From the UHGV virus genome UHGV-0204626: 39,893 nucleotides of DNA, one strand, 5' to 3'. The notes under the pieces were generated by a model that was given only the letters and a program-made list of their open reading frames with translations, did not search any database and was not told the origin of the DNA. Shown here one piece after another: positions 26,541 through 36,807 of this stretch. Both the position numbers and the translations under genes were made by a program. The stretch's first letter is position 1; every line of letters begins with the position of its first letter. The DNA comes from a virus.

Positions 26541-26982
26541 TCTCGTTCTAAAGGCTTTACGAAAAGCCGGGCTGTATTCCAATGCCACGTTGACAGATGC
26601 TGACCCTCAGGCAATTGAAGATGCCATTAATGACCTCGAAGACATGATGGCAGCATGGCAGGCTAAAGGTATCGAGCTTGGATATCAGTTTGCTGATACA
26701 GAAAACGGCATCATGCCGTTACCTGACGATGATTCAGGTATCCCTGCATGGGCAAATGATGGCGTCGCTTTGAAACTCGCTGTGCAAGTGTGCATGGATA
26801 ACGTCATTCAGCCGTCAGACGCTCTCCTTACCGCTGCTGACAGTGCATATCAAACAATCTGTATCGCTTTAACCAAAATACCACCACTTGAGCGACGAAA
26901 TGATATGCCTCGCGGGGCGGGGTTAAAAAGCGCGTTTACGTGGAATCGGTTTTACATCGAGAAAGATGATCCGAGTACGTGA
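26521..26982 (+). CDS. Head-to-tail connector / tail accessory factor (P22 gp4-like)
   Basis: 153-aa ORF at the conserved position after coat in the P22 gene order. Confidence 0.75.
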   Translation: MAKTKGDLVLKALRKAGLYSNATLTDADPQAIEDAINDLEDMMAAWQAKGIELGYQFADTENGIMPLPDDDSGIPAWANDGVALKLAVQVCMDNVIQPSDALLTAADSAYQTICIALTKIPPLERRNDMPRGAGLKSAFTWNRFYIEKDDPST

Positions 26983-26991
26983 GGTGAATAA

Positions 26992-28410
26992 ATGCCGATT
27001 CAGCAACTTCCGCTTATGAAAGGTGTCGGCAAAGACTTTAGAAACGCCGACTATATCGACTATCTGCCAATGAATATGTTGGCTACACCCAAAGAAATCC
27101 TGAACAGCAGCGGATATCTTCGCTCATTCCCTGGCATTGCCAAACGCTCTGATGTGAACGGTGTATCTCGCGGCGTCGAGTACAACATGGCGCAGAATGC
27201 TGTTTATCGCGTGTGTGGTGGCAAGCTCTACAAAGGCGAAAGCGAAGTAGGTGACGTCGCCGGAAGTGGTCGCGTATCAATGGCGCATGGTCGAACATCT
27301 CAGGCTGTAGGCGTTAATGGTCAACTGGTCGAGTATCGCTATGATGGCACGGTTAAAACCGTCTCAAACTGGCCTACAGACAGTGGATTCACGCAGTATG
27401 AGTTAGGCTCAGTCCGCGACATTACGCGCTTGCGTGGGCGTTATGCGTGGTCAAAAGACGGCACTGATTCATGGTTTATCACTGACCTTGAAGACGAATC
27501 TCATCCTGACCGCTACAGCGCACAATATCGCGCAGAATCGCAGCCTGACGGCATCATCGGCATCGGAACATGGCGAGACTTCATCGTATGCTTTGGTTCA
27601 TCAACGATTGAATATTTCTCCCTGACTGGCGCAACCACCGTTGGTGCCGCGTTGTATGTCGCACAGCCATCACTGATGGTGCAGAAAGGAATTGCCGGAA
27701 CCTACTGCAAAACGCCGTTTGCTGATTCGTATGCGTTCATCAGCAATCCGGCAACGGGTGCGCCGTCTGTGTACATCATCGGTTCCGGTCAGGTGTCACC
27801 AATCGCCAGCGCGAGCATTGAGAAAATCCTCCGCTCCTACACTGCTGATGAACTGGCTGATGGCGTGATGGAATCGTTGCGCTTTGATGCTCATGAGTTG
27901 CTGATTATCCACCTTCCGCGCCACGTCCTAGTATATGACGCATCTTCAAGCGCTAATGGTCCGCAATGGTGTGTGCTGAAAACAGGCTTGTATGACGATG
28001 TGTACCGCGCTATCGACTTCATTTACGAAGGCAATCAGATAACGTGCGGAGATAAGCTGGAATCGGTTATCGGCAAATTGCAGTTCGATATCAGCAGCCA
28101 GTATGGGCTACAGCAAGAACACCTGTTGTTTACACCACTCTTCAAAGCTGAGAACGCCAGATGTTTTGATCTGGAAGTTGAATCATCGACTGGTGTCGCT
28201 CAGTACGCTGACCGCCTGTTCCTCTCTGCAACCACTGACGGCATCAATTACGGACGTGAGCAGATGATTGAGCAGAATGAACCGTTCGTTTACGACAAAC
28301 GCGTTTTGTGGAAGCGAGTAGGGCGCATCAGGAAAAATGTCGGCTTCAAATTGCGCGTTATCACGAAGTCACCTGTCACTCTGTCTGGCGCTCAGATAAG
28401 GATCGAGTAA
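26992..28410 (+). CDS. Tail hub protein (P22 gp10-like)
   Basis: 472-aa ORF, the same length as P22 gp10, in the conserved order. Confidence 0.8.
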   Translation: MPIQQLPLMKGVGKDFRNADYIDYLPMNMLATPKEILNSSGYLRSFPGIAKRSDVNGVSRGVEYNMAQNAVYRVCGGKLYKGESEVGDVAGSGRVSMAHGRTSQAVGVNGQLVEYRYDGTVKTVSNWPTDSGFTQYELGSVRDITRLRGRYAWSKDGTDSWFITDLEDESHPDRYSAQYRAESQPDGIIGIGTWRDFIVCFGSSTIEYFSLTGATTVGAALYVAQPSLMVQKGIAGTYCKTPFADSYAFISNPATGAPSVYIIGSGQVSPIASASIEKILRSYTADELADGVMESLRFDAHELLIIHLPRHVLVYDASSSANGPQWCVLKTGLYDDVYRAIDFIYEGNQITCGDKLESVIGKLQFDISSQYGLQQEHLLFTPLFKAENARCFDLEVESSTGVAQYADRLFLSATTDGINYGREQMIEQNEPFVYDKRVLWKRVGRIRKNVGFKLRVITKSPVTLSGAQIRIE

Positions 28411-29111
28411 TGGCTGATTCGAATCTCAACACCCCTGTTATTGTGCAGGCGACGCGGCTCGATACATCAATCCTTCCACGCAATATATTCAGCCAGTCTT
28501 ACCTGCTGTATGTCATTAATCAGGGGGCTGATGTCGGCGCAATTGCCGGGAAGGCAAATCAGGCTGGTCAGGGCGCTTACGATGCTCAGGTGAAAAACGA
28601 TGAACAGGATGTCGAACTGGCTGATCACGACGCAAGAATCACCGCAAACACAAAAGCGATAAATCTCCTTGAGGTCAGGTTAACAACCGCCGAAGGGAAG
28701 ATAGTCGTACTGCGTAGCGATGTTGATTACTTGCTGGATGAGGTTATCGATATTCAGGGGCATCTGGTCACTGTTGACCAAAGACTGGATGACGTAGAAA
28801 ACGATGTCTCTGGCATTAAGAGTGATTACGTATCGAAAACCGTAACAGAATCGCAGTCTCTTGCGTCACCGCTGGATGTAAAAACATCATATTCAGTTGA
28901 TGGAATTCAGGTCGTTGGAGCAAGGCAGACCGGATGGACAGCGGCCACAGGCACACCACTTCTTGGCTCATTCAACGCTAACCAGTCATACACGGTCGGC
29001 ACTACGTACACACAATCCGAAGTCGCAGCTATCGCTACAGGTTTGGAGCAGGCGCGGCAGCGTATTCTGGCGCTTGAAACAGCACTTAGATTACATGGGC
29101 TGATTGACTGA
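28410..29111 (+). CDS. Tail needle / plug protein (P22 gp26-like)
   Basis: 233-aa product from the internal Met ([27 protein letters not shown]...), coupled to the gp10 stop; heptad-repeat coiled-coil core. Confidence 0.85.
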   Translation: MADSNLNTPVIVQATRLDTSILPRNIFSQSYLLYVINQGADVGAIAGKANQAGQGAYDAQVKNDEQDVELADHDARITANTKAINLLEVRLTTAEGKIVVLRSDVDYLLDEVIDIQGHLVTVDQRLDDVENDVSGIKSDYVSKTVTESQSLASPLDVKTSYSVDGIQVVGARQTGWTAATGTPLLGSFNANQSYTVGTTYTQSEVAAIATGLEQARQRILALETALRLHGLID

Positions 29112-29566
29112 TGATTACATTCAAACCAACGCGAAACATCGACCTGATAGAAGCAGTCGGAAATCACCCTGACATTATTGCCGGGAGCAACAACGGTGAT
29201 GGATACGACTACAAGCCTGAATGCCGTTACTTTGAGGTTAACGTGCACGGTCAGTTCGGCGGAATTGTTTACTATCAGGAGATTCAGCCGCTGACCTTTG
29301 ATTGCCACGCCATGTACCTGCCAGAGATTCGCGGATTCAGCAAGGAAATAGGGCTGGCGTTCTGGCGATACATTCTGACTAACACCACTGTTCAGTGTGT
29401 CACATCGTTCGCTGCGCGCAAATTCCGCCACGGGCAGATGTACTGCGCAATGATTGGCCTTAATCGTGTAGGAACCATCAAGAAATACTTCAAAGGCGTG
29501 GATGACGTGACATTTTACAGCGCCACACGCGAAGAACTAATCGACTTCCTGAATCACGGGAGATAG
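29111..29566 (+). CDS. Head assembly / ejection-associated protein (P22 gp14-like)
   Basis: 151-aa ORF at the gp14 position (26-14-7-20-16 order). Confidence 0.6.
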   Translation: MITFKPTRNIDLIEAVGNHPDIIAGSNNGDGYDYKPECRYFEVNVHGQFGGIVYYQEIQPLTFDCHAMYLPEIRGFSKEIGLAFWRYILTNTTVQCVTSFAARKFRHGQMYCAMIGLNRVGTIKKYFKGVDDVTFYSATREELIDFLNHGR

Positions 29567-29568
29567 CC

Positions 29569-30261
29569 ATGTTATATGCATTTAAGCTGGGCAGAAAACT
29601 GCGCGGCGAGGAACCTTGGTGCCCTGAAAAAGGCGGGAAAGGTGGTAGCTCTGATAAAAGCGCAAAGTATGCAGCAGAAGCCCAGAAGTATGCCGCAGAC
29701 CTGCAAAATCAGCAGTTCAACACCATCATGAACAACCTGAAGCCGTTTACTCCTCTGGCTGATAAGTATGTCGGCAGCCTCGAGAACTTATCGTCTCTGG
29801 AAGGGCAAGGTCAGGCACTTAACCAGTATTACAACTCTCAGCAGTACAAAGATCTTGCTGGTCAGGCTCGCTATCAGAGTCTGGCGGCAGCGGAAGCAAC
29901 AGGTGGATTGGGTTCCACTGCAACCGGTAATCAGTTAGCAGCAATCGCACCAACGCTTGGTCAGCAATGGCTATCTGGACAAATGAACAATTACAACAAC
30001 CTGGCAAATATCGGTCTTGGCGCTCTTCAGGGGCAGGCAAACGCCGGGCAAACATATGCCAACAACATGAGTCAGATTTCACAGCAAAGCGCGGCGCTGG
30101 CTGCGGCAAACGCCAACCGACCGTCAGCATTGCAGCAGGGTGTTAGTGGTGCTGCATCCGGTGCGCTTTTGGGTGGTGGCATAGCCAGTGCTCTCGAGCT
30201 ATCAACTCCGTGGGGTGCTGGTATTGGTGCTGGTCTTGGTCTGCTTGGCTCGTTGTTTTAA
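29569..30261 (+). CDS. Ejection (internal virion) protein gp7-like
   Basis: 230-aa ORF, the same length class as P22 gp7; Gln/Ala/Gly-rich low-complexity with a hydrophobic Gly-rich C-terminus. Confidence 0.85.
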   Translation: MLYAFKLGRKLRGEEPWCPEKGGKGGSSDKSAKYAAEAQKYAADLQNQQFNTIMNNLKPFTPLADKYVGSLENLSSLEGQGQALNQYYNSQQYKDLAGQARYQSLAAAEATGGLGSTATGNQLAAIAPTLGQQWLSGQMNNYNNLANIGLGALQGQANAGQTYANNMSQISQQSAALAAANANRPSALQQGVSGAASGALLGGGIASALELSTPWGAGIGAGLGLLGSLF

Positions 30262-30271
30262 GGGGTAATCA

Positions 30272-31621
30272 ATGGCTACGTGGCAACAGGGTATTAATTC
30301 TGGTGGTTTTCTGGCTGGCATCGGTACGCAAAATGAGAATGCGCCAAAGGCAAGCGACATTAACGCAACGCTTGGTCTGATCCGCGAAAACAATGAACTG
30401 GCTCGCTCAGGTGCAAATAACGTTGGCCTGACCGCGTTACGTGGTCTGGCTGGAGTTGCTGATATTTACAATCAGGAACAGCAACAGAAAGCGATTAATG
30501 CGTTCAATAAGGTTCATGCTGATGCATGGGCTTCTGGTGATCCATCGGGACTATTTAAGTTTGCCCAGGAAAATCCAGCGTTTGTTGCACAGGCACAACA
30601 GGCGTTTTCCGGTCTTAATGAGCAGCAACGCAACGATATGGGCGATTTAGCCATGAGGGCTAACGTCGCTCTTTCTCAGGGACCGGAAGCCTACAGTAAA
30701 TTCATTACTGATAACAAGGACAGGTTAAATCGCGTGGGGGCGAATGCTGACTGGATGATTCAGACAGGTATCCAGAATCCAGAGCAGCTATCACACATGT
30801 TGACTACTATGTCTCTCGGTGCACTTGGGCCAGAAAAGGCGTTTGCTGTTCAGGATAAGATGGTTGGTCGCCAACTAGAGAAAGGGCGATTGGATGAAAG
30901 CATCCGTCAGGCTGATATGGAGAATGCGAGAGGATGGGCAAATATCCAGAACGCTCAACTAGACAGGACTCAGCGGGCACAAATGCATAATGATAACGTA
31001 GCCCTGAAGTTGCAGGAATTAGGGATGAAACAACAGGAAAGCGGAAAGATTGACCCAAAACTTGTTCGAGATCTGAATAGTGATATTAATGGGTTCTCAA
31101 AGAATTATTCTGCAATGCGCAGTGCTTCTGACAACCTACAAGCCCTTGGGAAGCGCAACACTCCAGCCGCGCAGTTGGGAATGATTTTCAACTATATGAA
31201 ATCGCTGGATCCGCAATCTGTGGTACGCGAAGGTGAGCAAGTGCAGGTAAAACGCACTGATGGAATATTCGGCACACTTGGTAACTATGTTAGCCAATTA
31301 TCTAACGGCAAGATGCTGAATAATGAGCAAGTCCAAGACTTAATCAACACCTCAAAACTGATGGCAAATACTGAAGGCGAAAAGTTTAACCAGCAAATGG
31401 ATGATTATCTTTCAACTTATGGAGATTCTCTCCCCAGCGGACTAACTAAGCAATTGCAATCCAGAAAAGCCAAGCTGTATGAAGATATTCAGCAGCCTGC
31501 GCAACAACAGACACAACAAGCAACATCTGGCGGTCAAACATTTCGAGAAGGTATGACCGCGAAAAATCCTAAAACTGGTCAGAAAATTATTTACAGGAAC
31601 GGACAATGGCAACCAATGTAG
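30272..31621 (+). CDS. Ejection protein gp20-like
   Basis: 449-aa ORF at the conserved position, Gln-rich. Confidence 0.8.
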   Translation: MATWQQGINSGGFLAGIGTQNENAPKASDINATLGLIRENNELARSGANNVGLTALRGLAGVADIYNQEQQQKAINAFNKVHADAWASGDPSGLFKFAQENPAFVAQAQQAFSGLNEQQRNDMGDLAMRANVALSQGPEAYSKFITDNKDRLNRVGANADWMIQTGIQNPEQLSHMLTTMSLGALGPEKAFAVQDKMVGRQLEKGRLDESIRQADMENARGWANIQNAQLDRTQRAQMHNDNVALKLQELGMKQQESGKIDPKLVRDLNSDINGFSKNYSAMRSASDNLQALGKRNTPAAQLGMIFNYMKSLDPQSVVREGEQVQVKRTDGIFGTLGNYVSQLSNGKMLNNEQVQDLINTSKLMANTEGEKFNQQMDDYLSTYGDSLPSGLTKQLQSRKAKLYEDIQQPAQQQTQQATSGGQTFREGMTAKNPKTGQKIIYRNGQWQPM

Positions 31622-33759
31622 GTTTACCAGAGGGGTTTGTTCTTGATGAACAGCCTGATAACTCACAGCTTCCTGATGGCTTTGTGCTTGATTCCCAACC
31701 AGAACAGCAGCAATCTCCTTTGGTTTCACCAGAGGAAAATTCCAGACAGGAAAACGTGGTTAATAAAGCCAACGGTTTCGACCGTTTTATGTTTGGCGTT
31801 CTCAGTGGGTTGATGGATGTTGGTAAAGGTGTTGGCCTATTTCAGGATATGACACCAGAAGAGCAAGCCGCAATTCAGTCTCTACAGCAGAAGTTAGCGG
31901 CAAAACCATCAACCGCACAAGATGTTGGTGAGTTTGTTGGACAAGCAGCACCATTTGTTAGTGGTGGTGGGATTATTTCTCAGGTTCCGAAAGGGGCGGC
32001 AAGGCTGGCTGCCGCCGCAGGGCTTGGTGCTGGAGAAGGGGCTATTGTAGCCAATGGAACAAATAGCGATGTTGCTTCCGGCGCTGCTATTGGCGCTGTG
32101 GCTGGCCCCGTAGCCGAGATTGTTGGTCCAGCGCTTGGGAAGATTGCAGGAAAAATTAAAAATAGTGCCGGAGATATTTACCGCTCATCCGTAGGGATGG
32201 GTAGTAAATCATCTAAAGCAACGTTAAAGAAAGCTGCTGGCGCAATGGATAATAAATTTATTGGCGGGCAACGAGCTATTCAAGATTTCGCCGATGAAGT
32301 TAATCCTGATTTTAACGCGATAAATGCTATTCGTGAGCTAGAACTGGAAAATTATGCCACTCCAGGCATGATCTCTAATAATCCTGCTGTCAGGGCTCTT
32401 GATAATGCAGTGGCAAGTCTTCCTGGAACAGAGATTAGTGAGGCGCATAAGCGTTTTATTACTGAATTAGGAAGAAAAGCTGATGAAATGATAACTTCAT
32501 TTGGGGGAAGCCTTGATAAGCAACTGGTTTCTGACAGGCTTGCAGATAATTTTGATAAAACCATTTCATCATTACAAAATCAGTCAGATAACATCTACAA
32601 CAAAATTGCCGAAAAGGTTCCGGTAAGAGACCGGATTGAGGCCACTAATACGTTGAATTTTTTAGAGGATTTTGCTGATGACATAGGGGGAATTGATGAA
32701 TTATCTCCAATAATGAAGCGGACATTGAACCGACTTGATCCAAACACCTTGCCAACGTATGGGCGTTTAGATCTCGCCAGAAAGCAGGTTGGGCAAGCTA
32801 TTGGCAAAGGCTCTGGCCCATTCAAGGATGAAGAAACAGGTGTTCTTAAAAAGTTATATGCAGCTATAACAGATGACCAACAGGCTGTCGCAGAAAAATA
32901 TGGCGCAGGGGAGTTATGGACGCTTGGTAAGGAGTTGGTAAAAAAACGAAAATCCATTGAAGATGATGCCGTAACCGTTTTGGGTAGAAAACTTCAGCAA
33001 TCAGCAATTCCAAAAGTTGAAAGTGCCGTTGTTAATATGGCAAAAGGAAACGGTGGTGACTTTAGGCAATTAATGAAGTCAATTCCAAAGGATATGCGGC
33101 AGGAAGTTGCGCTCACTTCAATGAATAAAGCATTTACCAGCTATGCTAAATCACCAGGTCAGCAATTAGGGGTTGATGGATTTGTAAAATGGTATAACGG
33201 AATGTCACGCAATGGGGCCAATATGAAGGCTCTCCGTGATGCTATTGGCACAGATGCATCAAAGCGCCTTGATACGATTTATCAAGCAGCCAAGGCTATG
33301 AATAGACTCAATACTGGTAAGCAGTATGCTAGCAGCCTTGTGGATCAGCAAGTTAATAACTTTCTGAAGGAAAAGGGTAGTCTAGCAAAAATTTATGGAA
33401 TAGCCTCAAAAGCTGCTGCGGCGGAAGGTGTTACAAGCTTATCTGGTCTTCCTGGTGTAGGTGCAACAGGGGTGATAACGTCCGCATTGATGTCAGGGAA
33501 AACAAGCAGGATAAAGGCTGCTGATGCTCTACTGTCTTCTCCTGAGTTTAAATCAATGCTATTTCGCCTGCAAAACGCACCAGTAGACAAAGCAGAAGTG
33601 AGACGCGCAATAGAAAGGAAACTGATGCAATCTGGGGCATTTAAGAGATGGGAGAAAACCCTATCAACAGATGAAGCAAAAACCATAGCTCGCACTGGCA
33701 TTATTACATGGTTATCTCAGCAAGATACTACAGCCAGTGACGGCGACCAAAAGATGTAA
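31606..33759 (+). CDS. Ejection protein gp16-like
   Basis: 717-aa ORF, the last structural gene before the immI-like region; contains Gly/Ala-rich hydrophobic stretches. Confidence 0.8.
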   Translation: MATNVGLPEGFVLDEQPDNSQLPDGFVLDSQPEQQQSPLVSPEENSRQENVVNKANGFDRFMFGVLSGLMDVGKGVGLFQDMTPEEQAAIQSLQQKLAAKPSTAQDVGEFVGQAAPFVSGGGIISQVPKGAARLAAAAGLGAGEGAIVANGTNSDVASGAAIGAVAGPVAEIVGPALGKIAGKIKNSAGDIYRSSVGMGSKSSKATLKKAAGAMDNKFIGGQRAIQDFADEVNPDFNAINAIRELELENYATPGMISNNPAVRALDNAVASLPGTEISEAHKRFITELGRKADEMITSFGGSLDKQLVSDRLADNFDKTISSLQNQSDNIYNKIAEKVPVRDRIEATNTLNFLEDFADDIGGIDELSPIMKRTLNRLDPNTLPTYGRLDLARKQVGQAIGKGSGPFKDEETGVLKKLYAAITDDQQAVAEKYGAGELWTLGKELVKKRKSIEDDAVTVLGRKLQQSAIPKVESAVVNMAKGNGGDFRQLMKSIPKDMRQEVALTSMNKAFTSYAKSPGQQLGVDGFVKWYNGMSRNGANMKALRDAIGTDASKRLDTIYQAAKAMNRLNTGKQYASSLVDQQVNNFLKEKGSLAKIYGIASKAAAAEGVTSLSGLPGVGATGVITSALMSGKTSRIKAADALLSSPEFKSMLFRLQNAPVDKAEVRRAIERKLMQSGAFKRWEKTLSTDEAKTIARTGIITWLSQQDTTASDGDQKM

Positions 33760-33819
33760 CAAGGAACGAGATAATCCAACCAGCCGTTACCATGTTAATC
33801 CCCATAAAGCCAAGGATGG

Positions 33820-34026
33820 CTATCTGTCAACTAAAGGACAATTGCTAATCCCCATGATCCCATTATCCGAGTACCAATAATTTCTGGAGAATTTTCCAGA
33901 AGCGCTTAGGTATTTACATTCAATCTTGTTACCGTCAGTTATTGATGAATATTTAACCCCATAACCAGTAAATGCAGACAAAACAAGTAAAAAGATTGCA
34001 AATAACCCAATAGTAAATTTTTTCAT
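33820..34026 (-). CDS. Hypothetical small secreted protein (signal peptide)
   Basis: 68-aa ORF with a classical N-terminal signal peptide (MKKFTIGLFAIFLLVLSAFTG); AT-rich gene. Confidence 0.5.
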   Translation of the reverse strand: MKKFTIGLFAIFLLVLSAFTGYGVKYSSITDGNKIECKYLSASGKFSRNYWYSDNGIMGISNCPLVDR

Positions 34027-34036
34027 ATCAACATCC

Positions 34037-34426
34037 TTAGCATTTTCTTTTTACTTTTCCAACAAAAGCTTTGGTTGAATCCATATTCCCATAACCAGAA
34101 ATGGTTTTCGACATTAAAACTGTTCCATTAGGATGTATTACCCATGAGTCGATAACTCGTTGAGTTTCGCCATTCGCGCCGATTCCAATGATGGAGTTTT
34201 TAGACAATGCTTTGTAAGCCATGCCGCCCGCATCTGTCCCAGAATATGTGATGCTGGCATCTTCACCGCTTGTCTTAATGATGAATGTTCCACTAAAACC
34301 ATCTTCTTCCGGATGGAAATTATTTCGTTCTGAATAGCTTATTCCGCGCATATCTCCAACGACCCAGCACTCTGCTGTAGCCCCAAAAGATATGAATAAG
34401 AACATAGCAGCAAGAAATTGCTTCAC
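34037..34426 (-). CDS. Hypothetical secreted / periplasmic protein
   Basis: Probable GTG start preceded by AAGAGG, giving the signal peptide (V/M)KQFLAAMFLFISFGATA; the six-frame ORF extends upstream to 34498. AT-rich; I do not recognise the protein. Confidence 0.55.
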   Translation of the reverse strand: MKQFLAAMFLFISFGATAECWVVGDMRGISYSERNNFHPEEDGFSGTFIIKTSGEDASITYSGTDAGGMAYKALSKNSIIGIGANGETQRVIDSWVIHPNGTVLMSKTISGYGNMDSTKAFVGKVKRKC

Positions 34427-34643
34427 ACCAACCTCTTTAGTTTTTCTAGTTACTTTGTCACGATAGGATATGCGAATTGATAAAACTAAATTGCGCACAT
34501 GATAACTCAGTAATAATTGTTAATGAAAACATGATCACCTATATTGCACAAGGCGAAACAGGAAGCATAATCTGGTTTCATGAGTGTGATCACGTTTGGG
34601 TAAATCAAAGTCAAGAGGAAATACTTGAAATTATCAAAAATAA

Positions 34644-35225
34644 CTATCTAAACGTTGCACACGACTCATCTATCCATTTTTCATAAAATTGTATACCGAG
34701 ATAGGCAAGAACAGATGGATGTATATCAACAAGCTTTTCGCCAAGATGTTCTGTTGGAGGTGGATAATCTTTGCCTTGGTTTCTTACGGTTATAGGCATA
34801 GTTGTTGCTGGATGAAACTCAACTATCATAGGGTCGCCTTCGTATTTTGCTATTTTCCCTGTTGAATCAATGATTAACTCTTTAATATAATGGCTTCTTG
34901 CTCCCGGAAATGCCCCAAGAGTAGTATAAGGAGGTTCAAGTTTTGAGATTTCCATAGTGGAATGATGATCAGCATTTCTTGCTTGGTGAAGGTAAGCAAG
35001 TGTTTTGTCTGTTTTTCTAAGCATGAACTTTTGGTTGAAGTGGCTGCTAAATTTTCCACTAACCGGCTTTGTTGCACAGAGCAACTTACTGAAAGACTTT
35101 TCTATATGCCCAAGACATTCTCGCCAGTGCATCTCAAAATCATCATGGTTTGTAGATGATTTCATCTGCTCTAGGCACTTTTTAGCTGCGATGATTTCTT
35201 TTTTTGCTGGGTTGTAATCGATCAT
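34644..35225 (-). CDS. Hypothetical protein (193 aa) co-transcribed with mnt
   Basis: Start ATG overlaps the mnt stop (ATGA), so translational coupling is likely; no signal peptide; AT-rich; I do not recognise the protein. Confidence 0.65.
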   Translation of the reverse strand: MIDYNPAKKEIIAAKKCLEQMKSSTNHDDFEMHWRECLGHIEKSFSKLLCATKPVSGKFSSHFNQKFMLRKTDKTLAYLHQARNADHHSTMEISKLEPPYTTLGAFPGARSHYIKELIIDSTGKIAKYEGDPMIVEFHPATTMPITVRNQGKDYPPPTEHLGEKLVDIHPSVLAYLGIQFYEKWIDESCATFR

Positions 35226-35470
35226 TTTGCATCCTTGCCATACATGGTTTTCAGCGTCTCAAGCAGCGCCTCTTTGAATTTATCAGCTTCTTGGTTAGCG
35301 AATCCTTCAAGTGAGCGAGAGCCATCAAGATTATCAACATGTTTTTGAAGGATAAGCACAATCTCTGAGTTCATTGATCTGCCGTTTTTATCCGCTTCTT
35401 GCTGAATGCGTTTCTTTAAATAGTCTGGAATCCTAATCCCCAATGGACTGATATCTCTTGCACCTTTCAT
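35222..35470 (-). CDS. mnt: Mnt-like ribbon-helix-helix repressor
   Basis: Internal Met start preceded by AGGAGGAGA; N-terminal RHH motif (...PLGIRIPDYLKKRIQQEADKNGRSMNSEIVLILQKH...) close to the P22 Mnt/Arc motif; divergent from the arc-ant pair. Confidence 0.75.
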   Translation of the reverse strand: MKGARDISPLGIRIPDYLKKRIQQEADKNGRSMNSEIVLILQKHVDNLDGSRSLEGFANQEADKFKEALLETLKTMYGKDAK

Positions 35471-35495
35471 TTCTCCTCCTGCACGCTGTGCGTAG

Positions 35496-35565
35496 CTACA
35501 CAGTGTAGGCAAAAAATTTTTGACTTTAAATAAACACGGTGTAGTATTTAGTTATCACGGTGTAG
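35496..35565. promoter_or_regulatory. immI-like operator/promoter region
   Basis: Perfect 13-bp palindrome CTACACAGTGTAG (35496-35508); candidate -35 TTGACT (35520-35525) and -10 TAGTAT (35542-35547); two direct repeats CACGGTGTAG (35535-35544, 35556-35565) that share the GTGTAG half-site. Confidence 0.55.
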
Positions 35566-35579
35566 CAAGTGAGGTGGAA

Positions 35580-35720
35580 ATGAAAGTTAGAGACATCGCT
35601 CCATTAGGGATTCGTATCCCGCCAGAGATTAAAGAAAAATTGAAGGAAAAGGCTAAGGAGGAGGGCAGGTCTTTAAATTCAGAAATAGTGCAGCGTCTTA
35701 TTCGCAGCCTAAAAAGTTGA
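35580..35720 (+). CDS. arc: Arc-like ribbon-helix-helix repressor
   Basis: 46-aa product from the internal Met (MKVRDIAPLGIRIPPEIKEKLKEKAKEEGRSLNSEIVQRLIRSLKS), preceded by GAGGTGG; RHH motif GRS.NSEI. Confidence 0.75.
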   Translation: MKVRDIAPLGIRIPPEIKEKLKEKAKEEGRSLNSEIVQRLIRSLKS

Positions 35721-35783
35721 AGCCCCAACTGCTGGAACAGTCAGGGCTTCGGTATCGTAAAACCACGCATAGGAATTAACGAC

Positions 35784-36707
35784 ATGAAAAGTATAGCAAC
35801 AGCAGTATCTACTATCAATGTACCATTCCACGGCGCAGAGCTTTATGTTGTCAATCACAACGGCGAACCGTATACCCCAATGAAACCTATCGTTGAGGGA
35901 ATGGGTATGGATTGGGCTTCACAGTTTACAAAGTTAAAACAAAGATTTGCTAAAGGTATTGTGGAAATCGCAATACCTTCAGTTGGCGGTGTGCAGACCA
36001 TGATTTGCCTTGCTTTACGTAAACTGAATGGCTGGTTGCAAACCATCAGCCCTAACAAAGTCCGCCCTGAAATCCGCGACAATGTAATCCAGTATCAAGA
36101 AGAGTGTGACGATGTGCTATACGAGTACTGGACTAAAGGCCATGTAGTTAACCCACGCAAAGCTAAAAAGGCGTTGCCTGGTAAAATCACTACTGAACAG
36201 CAGGAAGCCATTAAACAACTCGTCATGAGTCGCGGTCAGTCTCTGCCAAAAGAAAAACAGGCTAAGGCGATGATCACCATGTGGTCGTCACTGAAATCCC
36301 ATTTTGGATGTTCGTACAAAGAAATCAGTGAGGAGCAGTTTACCGAAGCACTGTCACTTGCAGCTCGAGTTCCGCTTGAAGGTGAGTTCATCGGCAAACA
36401 AGAGAAGAAAACCAACGAGCTTTCTGCAAAAGAAGCAAACAGCCTTGTATGGTTATGGGATTATGCCAACCGCTCACAGGCATTATTCCGCGAACTGTAT
36501 CCGGCGCTAAAACAAATTCAATCGAACTATTCCGGCAGATGTCATGACTGCGGTTATGAGTTCTCCCGTATTATCGATATAGCGAGAGATGTTTTAATCA
36601 ATCACACACGAGATGTTGATATCAATGAGCCAGACGGACCAACGAATCTTTCCGCATGGATGAGACTTAAGAATAAAGAATTACCTCCTTCAGTTCATAA
36701 CTACTGA
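35784..36707 (+). CDS. ant: Antirepressor Ant
   Basis: 307-aa ORF downstream of arc, in P22 immI arrangement and the P22 Ant size range; Cys/His motif near the C-terminus (CHDCGYEF). Confidence 0.8.
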   Translation: MKSIATAVSTINVPFHGAELYVVNHNGEPYTPMKPIVEGMGMDWASQFTKLKQRFAKGIVEIAIPSVGGVQTMICLALRKLNGWLQTISPNKVRPEIRDNVIQYQEECDDVLYEYWTKGHVVNPRKAKKALPGKITTEQQEAIKQLVMSRGQSLPKEKQAKAMITMWSSLKSHFGCSYKEISEEQFTEALSLAARVPLEGEFIGKQEKKTNELSAKEANSLVWLWDYANRSQALFRELYPALKQIQSNYSGRCHDCGYEFSRIIDIARDVLINHTRDVDINEPDGPTNLSAWMRLKNKELPPSVHNY

Positions 36708-36726
36708 CAGATAACCAACGCAACGA

Positions 36727-36749
36727 CCCAGCTTCGGCTGGGTTTTTTT
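36727..36749 (+). terminator. Rho-independent terminator after ant
   Basis: CCCAGC-ttcg-GCTGGG hairpin followed by a 7-nt T-run. Confidence 0.7.
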
Positions 36750-36807
36750 ATGCCCAAAATTCACCGTAGCCCCGCTGCGGCGATTCCTTGTATCTGGAGC
36801 AAATTAA

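Noticed and set aside
28308-28409. An upstream extension of the tail-needle gene ([14 protein letters not shown]...) overlapping the end of the gp10-like gene
   Set aside because: The extension lies inside the gp10-like gene in another frame; the Met at 28410 is coupled to the gp10 stop (TAATG) and gives a product of the expected 233 aa.
29819-30130. Minus-strand 103-aa ORF antisense to the gp7-like ejection protein gene
   Set aside because: It is nested antisense in a conserved structural gene with no start context; most likely a chance ORF in GC-rich Gln/Ala-coding DNA.
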